Notes under the pieces: model-generated
Told to the model about the DNA's origin: nothing
What the model saw: only the letters and a program-made list of their open reading frames with translations
The model's database searches: none
Origin: Oligoflexia bacterium
Lineage (GTDB): Bacteria; Bdellovibrionota_B; Oligoflexia; Oligoflexales; JAGOVF01
Assembly: GCA_030432875.1 (NCBI GenBank)
Contig: JAUILP010000004.1
Coordinates: forward strand, 4,548-68,547
Length of the DNA stretch: 64,000 nucleotides
Reading direction: 5' to 3'
Shown here: in pieces, positions 29,261 through 38,109 of the stretch
Layout: each line of letters starts with the position of its first letter
Numbering within the stretch: position 1 is the stretch's first letter
Made by a program: the position numbers and the translations under genes

Positions 29261-31336
29261 ATGAAAAAATATGAAAAAACATACTTAAGCTTTATTGTCC
29301 CAGTTTTGGTTACTTATACCCTGCTTATGTCTGGGATTCCCCCTTTGCTCGGCTCAGTGGATGATCCTTTGGGGAGTGGTGGCAAATTTAATATCATGGT
29401 GCCAACCCTTATGGTGACTTTTGAGGGGGATCTTCAGAAGCGGGGAATCGATGCCATGATCCCTGTTTATGCCAGTATTTATGATGATGAAGTGGTGGCT
29501 TATATCCCGCCTCATTCTAATGTTTTAGCCCTTGAATTGGTCACCGGAGATTTTAGCTCTGACGTTAGGCAGTGCACCCCACTCCTAGATTCGGGAGCCA
29601 TTAAAACCAATAGATTTTTTAAAATTGAAAATAATGCGTCGCAAAAAGATGGCTTTGTGATTTTTGCAAACCCTAGACTTGGTATAGATTTGGAGGCGCT
29701 ATCAGCACTCTACGTCAGTGAGGCTGATGTCATAGAGCCTTCAGAAGCTTTTGCTTTTTTAAGCAGAAAAAAAGACTGCCAGTATATACTGGATAATAAA
29801 GAAAGAAACTTTAACCTTGATACTGAGGTGATATCACTGGTTACCACATTGCGGGTTACTCACTATGGCAATGATATTTATGAAAAAAACGTTATAAAAA
29901 ACTTTGTCCCTGTATACTCTGATCCAGGCTTGAATTTACCTGTAGGTCTGATCATCCCCGAAAAAAACTATCATTTTAGTGCCTATAAAGTGCGTCTCGA
30001 TCATTTTTCGGATGCGCTTCCCTGTTCGCCTCAGTACCAAAAGCAAAAGTTAAAAAAGAGTTATGAGTTGCATTTTTCTGAAAGCATAAAAATTCATCGT
30101 ATTGATGGTTCAAGCGATACGTCCGCGACTTACTGGCTAGATGAAAAATTTATTTCCGAAGATATGGGTAGCAGTTCGCAAGCAACATGCCGCGAAGGTT
30201 TAGGCGATCCTCTGAGCGAAGCTTTGGTTATTAAAAATCTAAATGAAAGTGCGAAGGTGGCAAATTTTAGCAATGCCTTTGCTGGCGGTCTTAATATCAA
30301 ATATACTGTGCCCGTTTATTTGGATATCAGACAAAGCGTAAAAATCGGCTCCATTGCCATCGGGTCATCTGTGCAACTAAGAAAAGAAAGCGACAAGTCT
30401 TATGATGTTGAGACGCTGCCAGGTTCGCCTCAATACTGTAATCATAAGACGACTTCTGTTGTTGTGGCTATCGATAGTAGCGAGATTCTATTAGAGCAAA
30501 AATACCGCAATTACGCAGGAGACAAATGGATAAATACAATTTTTTTAAGACGCGATAGTGATACGCGTAGTTGCGGCGGTGCTTTGGTGGGTGATTTGGA
30601 AAAGTTACCTGCTAGCTATAGTGAGGGAAGGCTGCGTTCTATGGATGGGAATTTGCTTTTACCTGTGCGGTCAACGATTTTATCGAGTACCAGTAAGATG
30701 CATTCTAGAGAAAATCCCTATCCAATTCCCAGAGGTGAAACTTTTGCTTGGGATATTACGACGCCATTTGGTCTGACAGTCCATCCAGTGGCGGAAGGGG
30801 TTATTGATTATATCGGCTGTAATAATGCGGGCTTTTATGGTTGTTGGGTATTGTATAGGGCCCTAAAACTTCCTTCGGGAGATTATCGCTATACCATTGT
30901 ACATGCTCATTTGAACCCAACTTCTCTAAACCCAAATTTAAAAATCGGCTCTGTAGTCGATCCAATTAAAACGGTTTTTGGGACTGTATCCTGTGCTGGG
31001 TTGACGAGTTTTGGCCCTCATACACATTTTGAAATTAGGTCACCTTCGGGTGTTTTTTTACCCGTAGATTCAGTTTTTAATCAAGCCCATATGTTACAAC
31101 GTGATTTTTATAGTGCGCATGGATTAGTCGAGGCTCAAGGCTATGAAAAGTATTTAATATATCCAAAGGAAGTATTTGTTCCAAAACCAATTGATTTGAG
31201 TAGATATGATTTTGAAACAGGTATTCTTAAAGGATTACCTCCAAATGTGAGCGGCTGCCGCCCTAATCTTGAAATGCTTTCTTGTTTTGCAAATCTAAGT
31301 CCTTCAGAGAGTTCTTTAAAATGTTTCAATTTATAA
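29261..31336 (+). CDS. cassette protein C1: exported protein with three SH3b-like modules and C-terminal M23 (LytM-type) peptidase-like domain
   Basis: ATG 29261 after AGAGGA, with an N-terminal hydrophobic signal/anchor. The C-terminus has WDITTPFGLTVHPVAEGVIDYIG...IVHAHL...GPHTHFEIRSPSG (M23 pattern). Three internal (I/V)PVY...C(S/T)P... repeats are present. Confidence 0.75.
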   Translation: MKKYEKTYLSFIVPVLVTYTLLMSGIPPLLGSVDDPLGSGGKFNIMVPTLMVTFEGDLQKRGIDAMIPVYASIYDDEVVAYIPPHSNVLALELVTGDFSSDVRQCTPLLDSGAIKTNRFFKIENNASQKDGFVIFANPRLGIDLEALSALYVSEADVIEPSEAFAFLSRKKDCQYILDNKERNFNLDTEVISLVTTLRVTHYGNDIYEKNVIKNFVPVYSDPGLNLPVGLIIPEKNYHFSAYKVRLDHFSDALPCSPQYQKQKLKKSYELHFSESIKIHRIDGSSDTSATYWLDEKFISEDMGSSSQATCREGLGDPLSEALVIKNLNESAKVANFSNAFAGGLNIKYTVPVYLDIRQSVKIGSIAIGSSVQLRKESDKSYDVETLPGSPQYCNHKTTSVVVAIDSSEILLEQKYRNYAGDKWINTIFLRRDSDTRSCGGALVGDLEKLPASYSEGRLRSMDGNLLLPVRSTILSSTSKMHSRENPYPIPRGETFAWDITTPFGLTVHPVAEGVIDYIGCNNAGFYGCWVLYRALKLPSGDYRYTIVHAHLNPTSLNPNLKIGSVVDPIKTVFGTVSCAGLTSFGPHTHFEIRSPSGVFLPVDSVFNQAHMLQRDFYSAHGLVEAQGYEKYLIYPKEVFVPKPIDLSRYDFETGILKGLPPNVSGCRPNLEMLSCFANLSPSESSLKCFNL

Positions 31337-31353
31337 ATAGTTTTGGAGCAGCC

Positions 31354-32352
31354 ATGTCTATACTTCGATTGGTATTTTTTCTCACCATCTTGTTTGCGAT
31401 CAATGCCTGTACGTCTGGCGAAAACTCTCGTTATGAGCTCGCACAAAGTGGTATCACAAAACGTAAGGCAAAGTTTAGTTATTATATCCCCTCTCGGGGC
31501 GGAACCAACGTTTCGGGAGATCCCGCCACAACAGCAAGTGGTGCCAAAGTGAGAGACTGGTACTTTGGTTATAACGGCCAAGACAAGGGAAATGGCGTAG
31601 CGTGTTCCCCTATCTTAGGATTTGGTACGCGGGTGCGACTTAAAAATTTTGGTGAATTCACCTGTATAGATTCTGGCTGTGGCATCAGAGATACCGGAAG
31701 TGCTTTGTGGTTTGACATCCTTGTTAGAGAAGAAGATCATACCCGTATCACAAATAATGTCAGTTACGGTGATGAATCTTCTGACTGGGAAGTCATTGAA
31801 TGGATACCGCATACTCAGAAGTATAAAGATGCCTGGTACGGCTTCTGCAAAAGCTATTTAAACACAATGGGGCTAGCTTACATTATGATGTCAGACGATG
31901 AATTTCGCCGCAGTGTTCCCTTTGGCAGTGGTAGCGGGAATTCTAGCGCTTGGGATGACACTGATTTTATTGTCGATGAGGACTCTTGGGATGACTCCAA
32001 ATTTATATTAGAGGATGCCGATGGGGACGGACTACTTGTCCGTGATGATATCAACTTGCCTTTTCTTACCAGTCGCGTGGAAGCAACACCCGACTGTTTT
32101 GCTCAGGTTAATAATAAGGGAGGCGGAGACCTTTTTGGGAGAGCAGAACCCGTATCTGCTTCTAGCCTGATCAGAGATCACTCTTTCAAGCACAATGAAG
32201 CGCTGCAAGTCGTCAGAAAAATCGTCAATGGGGAATTGGTTACCAAGTCACAGCGTGAAAGTCGTGTTTGGTACCAAGTTATAGATAAGAATGGCAAGCT
32301 GGTTTGGCTTTGGGGCGGATACGTTATGCAAATTTCTCCAGGGTGTTCCTAA
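31354..32352 (+). CDS. cassette protein D1: lipoprotein with 3D (MltA-like double-psi beta-barrel) domain and C-terminal SH3b-like domain
   Basis: ATG 31354 after GGAG, lipobox FAINAC. TTASGAKV...GVACSPILGFGTRVRL...CIDSGCGIRDTGSALWFDILV matches the 3D-domain pattern with three Asp. The C-terminus VWYQVIDKNGKLVWLWGGYV is SH3b-like. Confidence 0.75.
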   Translation: MSILRLVFFLTILFAINACTSGENSRYELAQSGITKRKAKFSYYIPSRGGTNVSGDPATTASGAKVRDWYFGYNGQDKGNGVACSPILGFGTRVRLKNFGEFTCIDSGCGIRDTGSALWFDILVREEDHTRITNNVSYGDESSDWEVIEWIPHTQKYKDAWYGFCKSYLNTMGLAYIMMSDDEFRRSVPFGSGSGNSSAWDDTDFIVDEDSWDDSKFILEDADGDGLLVRDDINLPFLTSRVEATPDCFAQVNNKGGGDLFGRAEPVSASSLIRDHSFKHNEALQVVRKIVNGELVTKSQRESRVWYQVIDKNGKLVWLWGGYVMQISPGCS

Positions 32353-32397
32353 ACGCCTGCGACCGGGAGCTTCTTGAAAAATTGTCTTTCACGGAAT

Positions 32398-32420
32398 AAG
32401 CCCCCACCAGAGCTTAAATG
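32398..32420. terminator. hairpin between convergent D1 and vWA genes
   Basis: AAGCCCC...GGGGCTT stem with an inner CCA/TGG pairing. T-rich sequence occurs only ~10 nt downstream on the plus strand. Confidence 0.3.
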
Positions 32421-32463
32421 GCAGGGGCTTACTGATACTATTTTTAGATGTAAATAATAATTC

Positions 32464-33756
32464 CTATAATTTTTTTATGAGAAACGAAAAGTTTTGCTGA
32501 TAGTCTTGGTCGCAGGCATTTAGGTCCAGTGCCGATTCGACAGAGTTAAAGCAGCAGCGGGCGATGTTAATGTCAATTTTGGCATCGGCATTCATCCCTT
32601 TGAGCTCACTGACTTTGGGAATCAAAATCTCATTGTTTGGGACTTTTTTAATTTCATCGATGCTGTTTGCTTTCCACTCATATTCAGCCTTGTTGTCACG
32701 ATAAATTTTTACGTTTTTAGCATAGCAGCTTTTATTAACCATCTTTGTTACTTCTTCTGTTAACACGGGAATTAGCGCTTCAGTAAGCGACGCACTATCA
32801 AAAGGCCATACTCCTAATCCATTGAGTTCTCCAAGGCTTCCTCCACGCGAGGCCTCGGGTGCTCCGGTGTTAATAGTTTTAATCACTTCATCCATTTGCG
32901 TGTTAATATCAAGTTTATTGCTTTCACATTTATGTTCAACGCTTCTGCGGTCGATCGTTCCCGGCACCGTATTTTCGACAGTTGGTACCAAATAATAAAA
33001 TTTAAACAGGGACGGTAAAAATTTTCCCGAAGTTATCATAGTGTTGACTTCTCCCGTTAGCGCCGTTGTCGTGCAATCTGTTTTGCTTTCATCTATGTCG
33101 CCTTGACCTTCCCACAGCTGCTCAGGATGGCCATTATGACCGACTACATCTGTTATTAGAATCAAGGCTTTTACAGCTCCTGGTCGGCCTTTACTTAAAA
33201 GACTTAACCCTTTGCGCGCCGCAAGTTGTGAGGCTTCGGGCATATCGGCATTGTAAAGAGTGGCAAGAGTTAATTTGCTATTAAAGTCGCTGGTAAAGGC
33301 TGTGATGTCACCGGTGAGATTCACGAGTCGTTCATCTATACTTGCAAGTGTATCGATAAATCCAACCGCTCCTACATTGAGATCTATTTGTTTTTTCCTC
33401 AGTTCACCAACTAAGTTTATGGCGGTAGTGCGTACAGATTCGATTTCATCAGCCATGGAGAGGGATGAATCAATAACAAATACGAGATCGATGGGGATGT
33501 TTTTAGCAACGGCAATTTCACTGTTAAAGCTCCCCACACCACTAATAACGACGTTAACCGTGTCATTTTCTTTGCCATTTCCAGTGCCAGCATCGGTGTT
33601 GCTGTCGATGCCACGAGCGTCAAGAAGAATAACATTATTGACAGGTTGTACGGTTGACTTCTTACTTTTGCCAGAAAAATTGGTTTTGTTACAAGAAATC
33701 AGTCCTATTGTCATGATCATGATGGCAATGCCGTAAATTATTTTTACATGGGACAT
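32464..33756 (-). CDS. von Willebrand factor A (vWA) domain lipoprotein
   Basis: Signal/lipobox MTIGLISCN. MIDAS motif DLVFVIDSSLSMADE and downstream LILITDVVGHNG. Cys-containing C-terminal domain. RBS AAGGAAA. Confidence 0.85.
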   Translation of the reverse strand: MSHVKIIYGIAIMIMTIGLISCNKTNFSGKSKKSTVQPVNNVILLDARGIDSNTDAGTGNGKENDTVNVVISGVGSFNSEIAVAKNIPIDLVFVIDSSLSMADEIESVRTTAINLVGELRKKQIDLNVGAVGFIDTLASIDERLVNLTGDITAFTSDFNSKLTLATLYNADMPEASQLAARKGLSLLSKGRPGAVKALILITDVVGHNGHPEQLWEGQGDIDESKTDCTTTALTGEVNTMITSGKFLPSLFKFYYLVPTVENTVPGTIDRRSVEHKCESNKLDINTQMDEVIKTINTGAPEASRGGSLGELNGLGVWPFDSASLTEALIPVLTEEVTKMVNKSCYAKNVKIYRDNKAEYEWKANSIDEIKKVPNNEILIPKVSELKGMNADAKIDINIARCCFNSVESALDLNACDQDYQQNFSFLIKKL

Positions 33757-34284
33757 TGGGTTTTCCTTTTTTCTAAATTAGTATCCACAAAATCTCAGCT
33801 GCGAAACTGCAATGAATGGGCCAAAAATAAAGTTTCAAGAAATTAGCTGGTTACCCTATGGAGACCATGGCGGTCTGTCAAAAAAGACGGCATTTTATCT
33901 AATTATTAAACAGATCTTAATGAGGTACCTTCATATGTTTTGCTCAAATTAGCTTGGAAAATCCGTAGTCTCAGGAAGCGAAAAAAACTTAATCGCGGGA
34001 CTTGACCAAAAATAATATGCATAGATTACAGGTGTTTATTAGTGATTTCTCGGAAATCATTTTCTGGGCTGTTTCCTAGATTTTTTTATTTTTAAATGCT
34101 ATGGAGTCTGCAGGACAAGGTATTTAGGGAATTTTTGGGCAATAGCCCATGGTTTTACTAAATATGGGTCGTTGTTTTGCAGTTTTTTTAAATAATTATG
34201 ATCTTCGTTTAAAGTGTGATGTGCGAATTCTTAGAAAAAAATGGCCTTGTTGTCCATCTAACCTAAATTGTTGAGAGGTAACTC

Positions 34285-36603
34285 GTGAAGATTTTGTTTA
34301 TCTTGATTTCTCTTTATTGTTTTATTTCCTGTGCTAGGGCACCTGAGTCTGCAAATGTCAAACTACGTAAGGGCGAGCTTCCCAAACTCGAGCGGTATGA
34401 CGCGACAGAGTTACTGAGTCAAATTGATCACAGTGATGCTTTATCAATTTCTCTTAGTTATTTTCATCAACCGACTACCCCTGAAAAATATCAAGCTTTT
34501 ATCGATGCGGGTATTGAACATGTGATGTTAGAATATAACGCCATGATGGATGATTGTGAGACCTTTGATGGAAAATGTCCCACCTTTCAGAGATTAGATG
34601 CCGCAATAGCTGCAGCTCGGGGTAAAACCAACAAAGACGGGAAAAAACTTCATTTAGATCTTTTTTGGCAGTTTAATCCCAATGGCAACTATGAAGATGA
34701 AAATTCAGCAAAAATAATTGCTGGCCTTAAATGGCTTATTAATAAGCACAAAGATGATTTGACGCGCATTTGGCTGCAATTGGACGTGAGTATTTCCGCT
34801 GACCGTACCCAGGGCTATATTCGTACGGAAGAATATTTGAGAGCACTCTGTGGAGACCGTAGCATTGGTTGCGGTATAGCGACCCAAAGGCATCTTTGGT
34901 CTCGCTATTATAATTCATTTCTCCCACCCTTTGCGGGCCAGGGTATTCCGCTCATGGAAATCAACTATGATAGAACCCCAAATCGCAATATCTTTTATGA
35001 TGTCCAGTATGGCGGCAAAAATGCGGGTCACTGGGGACGGGAAAGTGAAACGGGCGAGTTTATTTCCTATCATGGCTGGATTGAGCCGGATGCAAAAAGA
35101 TGGGATGGATCGCAGGGATATGGCCAAGTTGGTTATGATCAAGCTTTTGAAGCAGCAACGGGGTTGCAGGTCATTAAACGAGAAGCTTTTAAAAAGGATT
35201 ATGTTCCTGCTTTCCAGATTTCGATGGCCAATAAAGGCAATAGCCGCTTTGCCCCAGGAGTTGCTGACGAATGTAAGCGAATTCTTAAGGACAGCGCCTT
35301 TAAAGATTTGATGGAAAATCTTAAAAAAGATTCTAGCTATGAAAAGTCGTTTACGCGTATTAGTCATGCATTCGCACGAAGAGAAGCGCGTGAACTCTGT
35401 AAGGAGTTAAATGGTGTCGTAAGAAAAACAGACCGCCTCTGTTTTGAGGATATTCAGGCAATGCTGAGCTGCGGTGATGACCCCGTTTGGGTTGCGTGTA
35501 ACGCAGGTTGCAATGTGACTGATGACAAAAACAAACTAGGTACTGACTGTAGGGAAAGTGGCAAGCCGGAGATGACCCAGGTTTGTGGCAATACCATAGA
35601 TCTAGAAATTCTTGAGGAACCAACCCGAAGTATCGGTGGGAGTCTTCAGCCGGTCAGTAGCGGAAGAATTACTTCTGACTTGAGTCGCAGCGTTGATGAT
35701 CTGGCTGCCAGTAATTTACCTAAAGAAGGAAATTTTGACTGTAATGCAGATTTACGGCCCAGCTTAACAGGTTCATTTTGCTATTCTGTTGCCCCTAATG
35801 CTGTTGGGGCGTGTATTGTTCCTAATAGTCCCGGAAGATTTTTATGTCCCTTTCAGCTCGGAGCGAATTTGGCTGCGGCCAATGATAACGATCCGCCCGT
35901 TTTTGTCTTAACGAGAGAAGGTGTTCATGCCGTTGGCTCAGACAATGTTTTTACGATGAGTGAATTTAGGATAGTCATAGATAAAAATACCCTTGTGTGT
36001 CCCATAGGCATGACTCCCGGCAAAGATGGCCAAGCCTGTTACTGTAAAAATGGAACTTGTCCAATCGCCAATCAATGCTATTTTGGTGGGGCAGATCAGA
36101 ACTATAATGATTATATGTGTCCCGCAATCAGTTTTGGTAACGCGCCTCCTGGTACGGTTTGTTACAACGGCAGGGTGCCATGCTCTCAAGGATGCTGCTG
36201 CGCAAATGCCAAGTGCGGCGGAAACTGCGATGAAGAATGCACCACTTCTTGGGCAACCTCATCTTTTTCAGGTGCTGCGACTGCGTCAATCAAAACTGAT
36301 AGTGCTGGGACTCAGTGTATGCATACAGACGCCTCTTGTCGCAGATTAGATCCAGCTGCTAAAGCTAGTTGCCACTATTGCTACTGTCCGAACGGAAAAA
36401 TTGGCTTTCCTTGTTATGTGCCGCCAACGGCGTCCATGCCAGCATACCAAAGTCCTCAAGAGCAAGTACAAACATGTGCGGGCAATAGAGTACCACTTAA
36501 AGGTTTAGGCTGCGTTGACCCCTATAACCCAAGTGCGAATAAACAAAATTTCTCTTTTACAGGAAAAGATGGGACTGAGATTAAGTGGACGACGGTCAAA
36601 TAG
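34285..36603 (+). CDS. cassette protein A2 (paralogue of A1)
   Basis: 772 aa with a GTG start after GAGAGG and lipobox YCFISC. Most residues are identical to A1 by eye, including the whole Cys pattern. Confidence 0.8.
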   Translation: MKILFILISLYCFISCARAPESANVKLRKGELPKLERYDATELLSQIDHSDALSISLSYFHQPTTPEKYQAFIDAGIEHVMLEYNAMMDDCETFDGKCPTFQRLDAAIAAARGKTNKDGKKLHLDLFWQFNPNGNYEDENSAKIIAGLKWLINKHKDDLTRIWLQLDVSISADRTQGYIRTEEYLRALCGDRSIGCGIATQRHLWSRYYNSFLPPFAGQGIPLMEINYDRTPNRNIFYDVQYGGKNAGHWGRESETGEFISYHGWIEPDAKRWDGSQGYGQVGYDQAFEAATGLQVIKREAFKKDYVPAFQISMANKGNSRFAPGVADECKRILKDSAFKDLMENLKKDSSYEKSFTRISHAFARREARELCKELNGVVRKTDRLCFEDIQAMLSCGDDPVWVACNAGCNVTDDKNKLGTDCRESGKPEMTQVCGNTIDLEILEEPTRSIGGSLQPVSSGRITSDLSRSVDDLAASNLPKEGNFDCNADLRPSLTGSFCYSVAPNAVGACIVPNSPGRFLCPFQLGANLAAANDNDPPVFVLTREGVHAVGSDNVFTMSEFRIVIDKNTLVCPIGMTPGKDGQACYCKNGTCPIANQCYFGGADQNYNDYMCPAISFGNAPPGTVCYNGRVPCSQGCCCANAKCGGNCDEECTTSWATSSFSGAATASIKTDSAGTQCMHTDASCRRLDPAAKASCHYCYCPNGKIGFPCYVPPTASMPAYQSPQEQVQTCAGNRVPLKGLGCVDPYNPSANKQNFSFTGKDGTEIKWTTVK

Positions 36604-36793
36604 TCTTTAGTAGGGATCATAGAAACGAAAAATTTTATTTATGTGACTGTTAATGAGGGGGCGTGGAATGGCAAACCAGAAGAGGGGTAAGGGTCACTTT
36701 GAAATAATATTACAGATAAAAGGTGGCCCAATAGGCGGAATGTGCTCTATTAGTCGCCGTAAACATTGCGGTGGATACTGAAAGGACTTCAGA

Positions 36794-38095
36794 ATGAAAA
36801 GGCGTTTTCTTTTGCGGATGTTATTTTTTAGCGCAGTGATCACAATGACAGGCGCTTGCGGCGTTAAAAACAGAGAATCTGAGGTAAAGGTTCTCGCAGA
36901 TAGAAGTCTTTATGGCAGGGATTTGGGCCTAAAAGAAAATGAATTTATTCTTACATTTAGTTTTGGCCCGGCTCCTGCGGATGAAATATCGCAAAAGAGC
37001 TCTTTGGACCTAGCCAAATTTTTAAATAACAAAAAAATTCCGGCGGTATTTTTTTTTCTCGGGCAATTTGCTGAGGATGAACCAGGACTTTCGCGTCAAA
37101 TTGCTGACCTTCCCTACATAACCATCGGAAGTAGTTCCTATAGACCTATGCAAATCTTAGACGATACTTTTAATATTAGAAGTTTTACCATCGATGAATT
37201 AGAAAGCGCTGATGTCATTCTTAATCCTTATTTTGGGGAGTACCGTTTTTTTCAAGCTCCTTTTTTTAGTTTTGCTCCAGATCCTCTCAAATCAGGCTTT
37301 GATGACAATGGTATCGATCCATCTCGAATTTTTCGCTCAAGTATCAAATATCTAAATCTCGCTCACAATAAAGCCCTCAAAGATTACATAGGGCCTATTG
37401 GGGCAGATATTGGCAGTGAACTTGATTATTTCGATTGGAGCGAAGATTGCCGAAATGATAAGGATATGTGTGAAAAAAGATACCTCGATCAGATGACAGA
37501 AAAAACCCTAGGCGTGGTAAATTTTCATGACGTTTTTCCAGATACCCGTAGCATGTTTCTTCGTGATGATGGAAAGGATTTTTTAACTCTTGCAGAAGAG
37601 CAAGGGTTTAGGTTTGTGAGTATTAAGAAAAACAAACAAATTCTTGGCTCTCTAAAACAGGGTGATTTTGCTGATTTTGTCGAAGAAAGTGGGCAAATGA
37701 CCTGTAGCGAAGACGAAGATTTTGCCTTCAAAAAATTTGATCATATGATTTTATATAATTATGCCCATACCAAAGCACGTTCGCCTTCGGGAGACCAAAT
37801 AGTTCCTGGTTCCTATGATTTTACCTTTAGGAGCTTAGAAAATATCGATGACTTTAAAATATTTTATCGCTCCTCTAACCCTCCTGGTATCGAAATGAAT
37901 ATTTCTCAAAAAATTATTAACCAAGGGCAGGGCTATACTGAGTTTGGGTTTTCGCGAAATTTTTATACGTCCGTTATGACAGAATGGGTAGTGGTGACCT
38001 GTAAAGAAGTAGACGGCGCGCTAACCACAATTGACCGCATATTTTTTAGTTCCTGCTTAACCGGTGTCGATGGATTTTCGCCCCAATGCTACTAA
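36794..38095 (+). CDS. cassette protein B2: degenerate NodB/CE4-like lipoprotein (paralogue of B1)
   Basis: 433 aa, lipobox MTGACG. It has the same substituted motifs as B1 (LTFSFGP, IGSSSYRP) and the same retained motifs (DYFDW, VVNFHD). Confidence 0.7.
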   Translation: MKRRFLLRMLFFSAVITMTGACGVKNRESEVKVLADRSLYGRDLGLKENEFILTFSFGPAPADEISQKSSLDLAKFLNNKKIPAVFFFLGQFAEDEPGLSRQIADLPYITIGSSSYRPMQILDDTFNIRSFTIDELESADVILNPYFGEYRFFQAPFFSFAPDPLKSGFDDNGIDPSRIFRSSIKYLNLAHNKALKDYIGPIGADIGSELDYFDWSEDCRNDKDMCEKRYLDQMTEKTLGVVNFHDVFPDTRSMFLRDDGKDFLTLAEEQGFRFVSIKKNKQILGSLKQGDFADFVEESGQMTCSEDEDFAFKKFDHMILYNYAHTKARSPSGDQIVPGSYDFTFRSLENIDDFKIFYRSSNPPGIEMNISQKIINQGQGYTEFGFSRNFYTSVMTEWVVVTCKEVDGALTTIDRIFFSSCLTGVDGFSPQCY

Positions 38096-38109
38096 ATAGG
38101 ATGAAATCG

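Larger units (their letters stand above)
25441..32352 (+). repeat. copy 1 of a ~6.9-kb four-gene unit (A1-B1-C1-D1)
   Basis: Collinear protein- and nucleotide-level similarity to 34285-41150. Gene order is identical, and the B-C (14 nt) and C-D (17 nt) spacers are the same length in both copies. Confidence 0.95.

Noticed and set aside
33781-33789. DnaA-box-like GTATCCACA near the AT-rich region upstream of cassette copy 2
   Set aside because: It is one imperfect box, with no cluster, no dnaA/dnaN context and no AT-rich 13-mers. It is not an origin.
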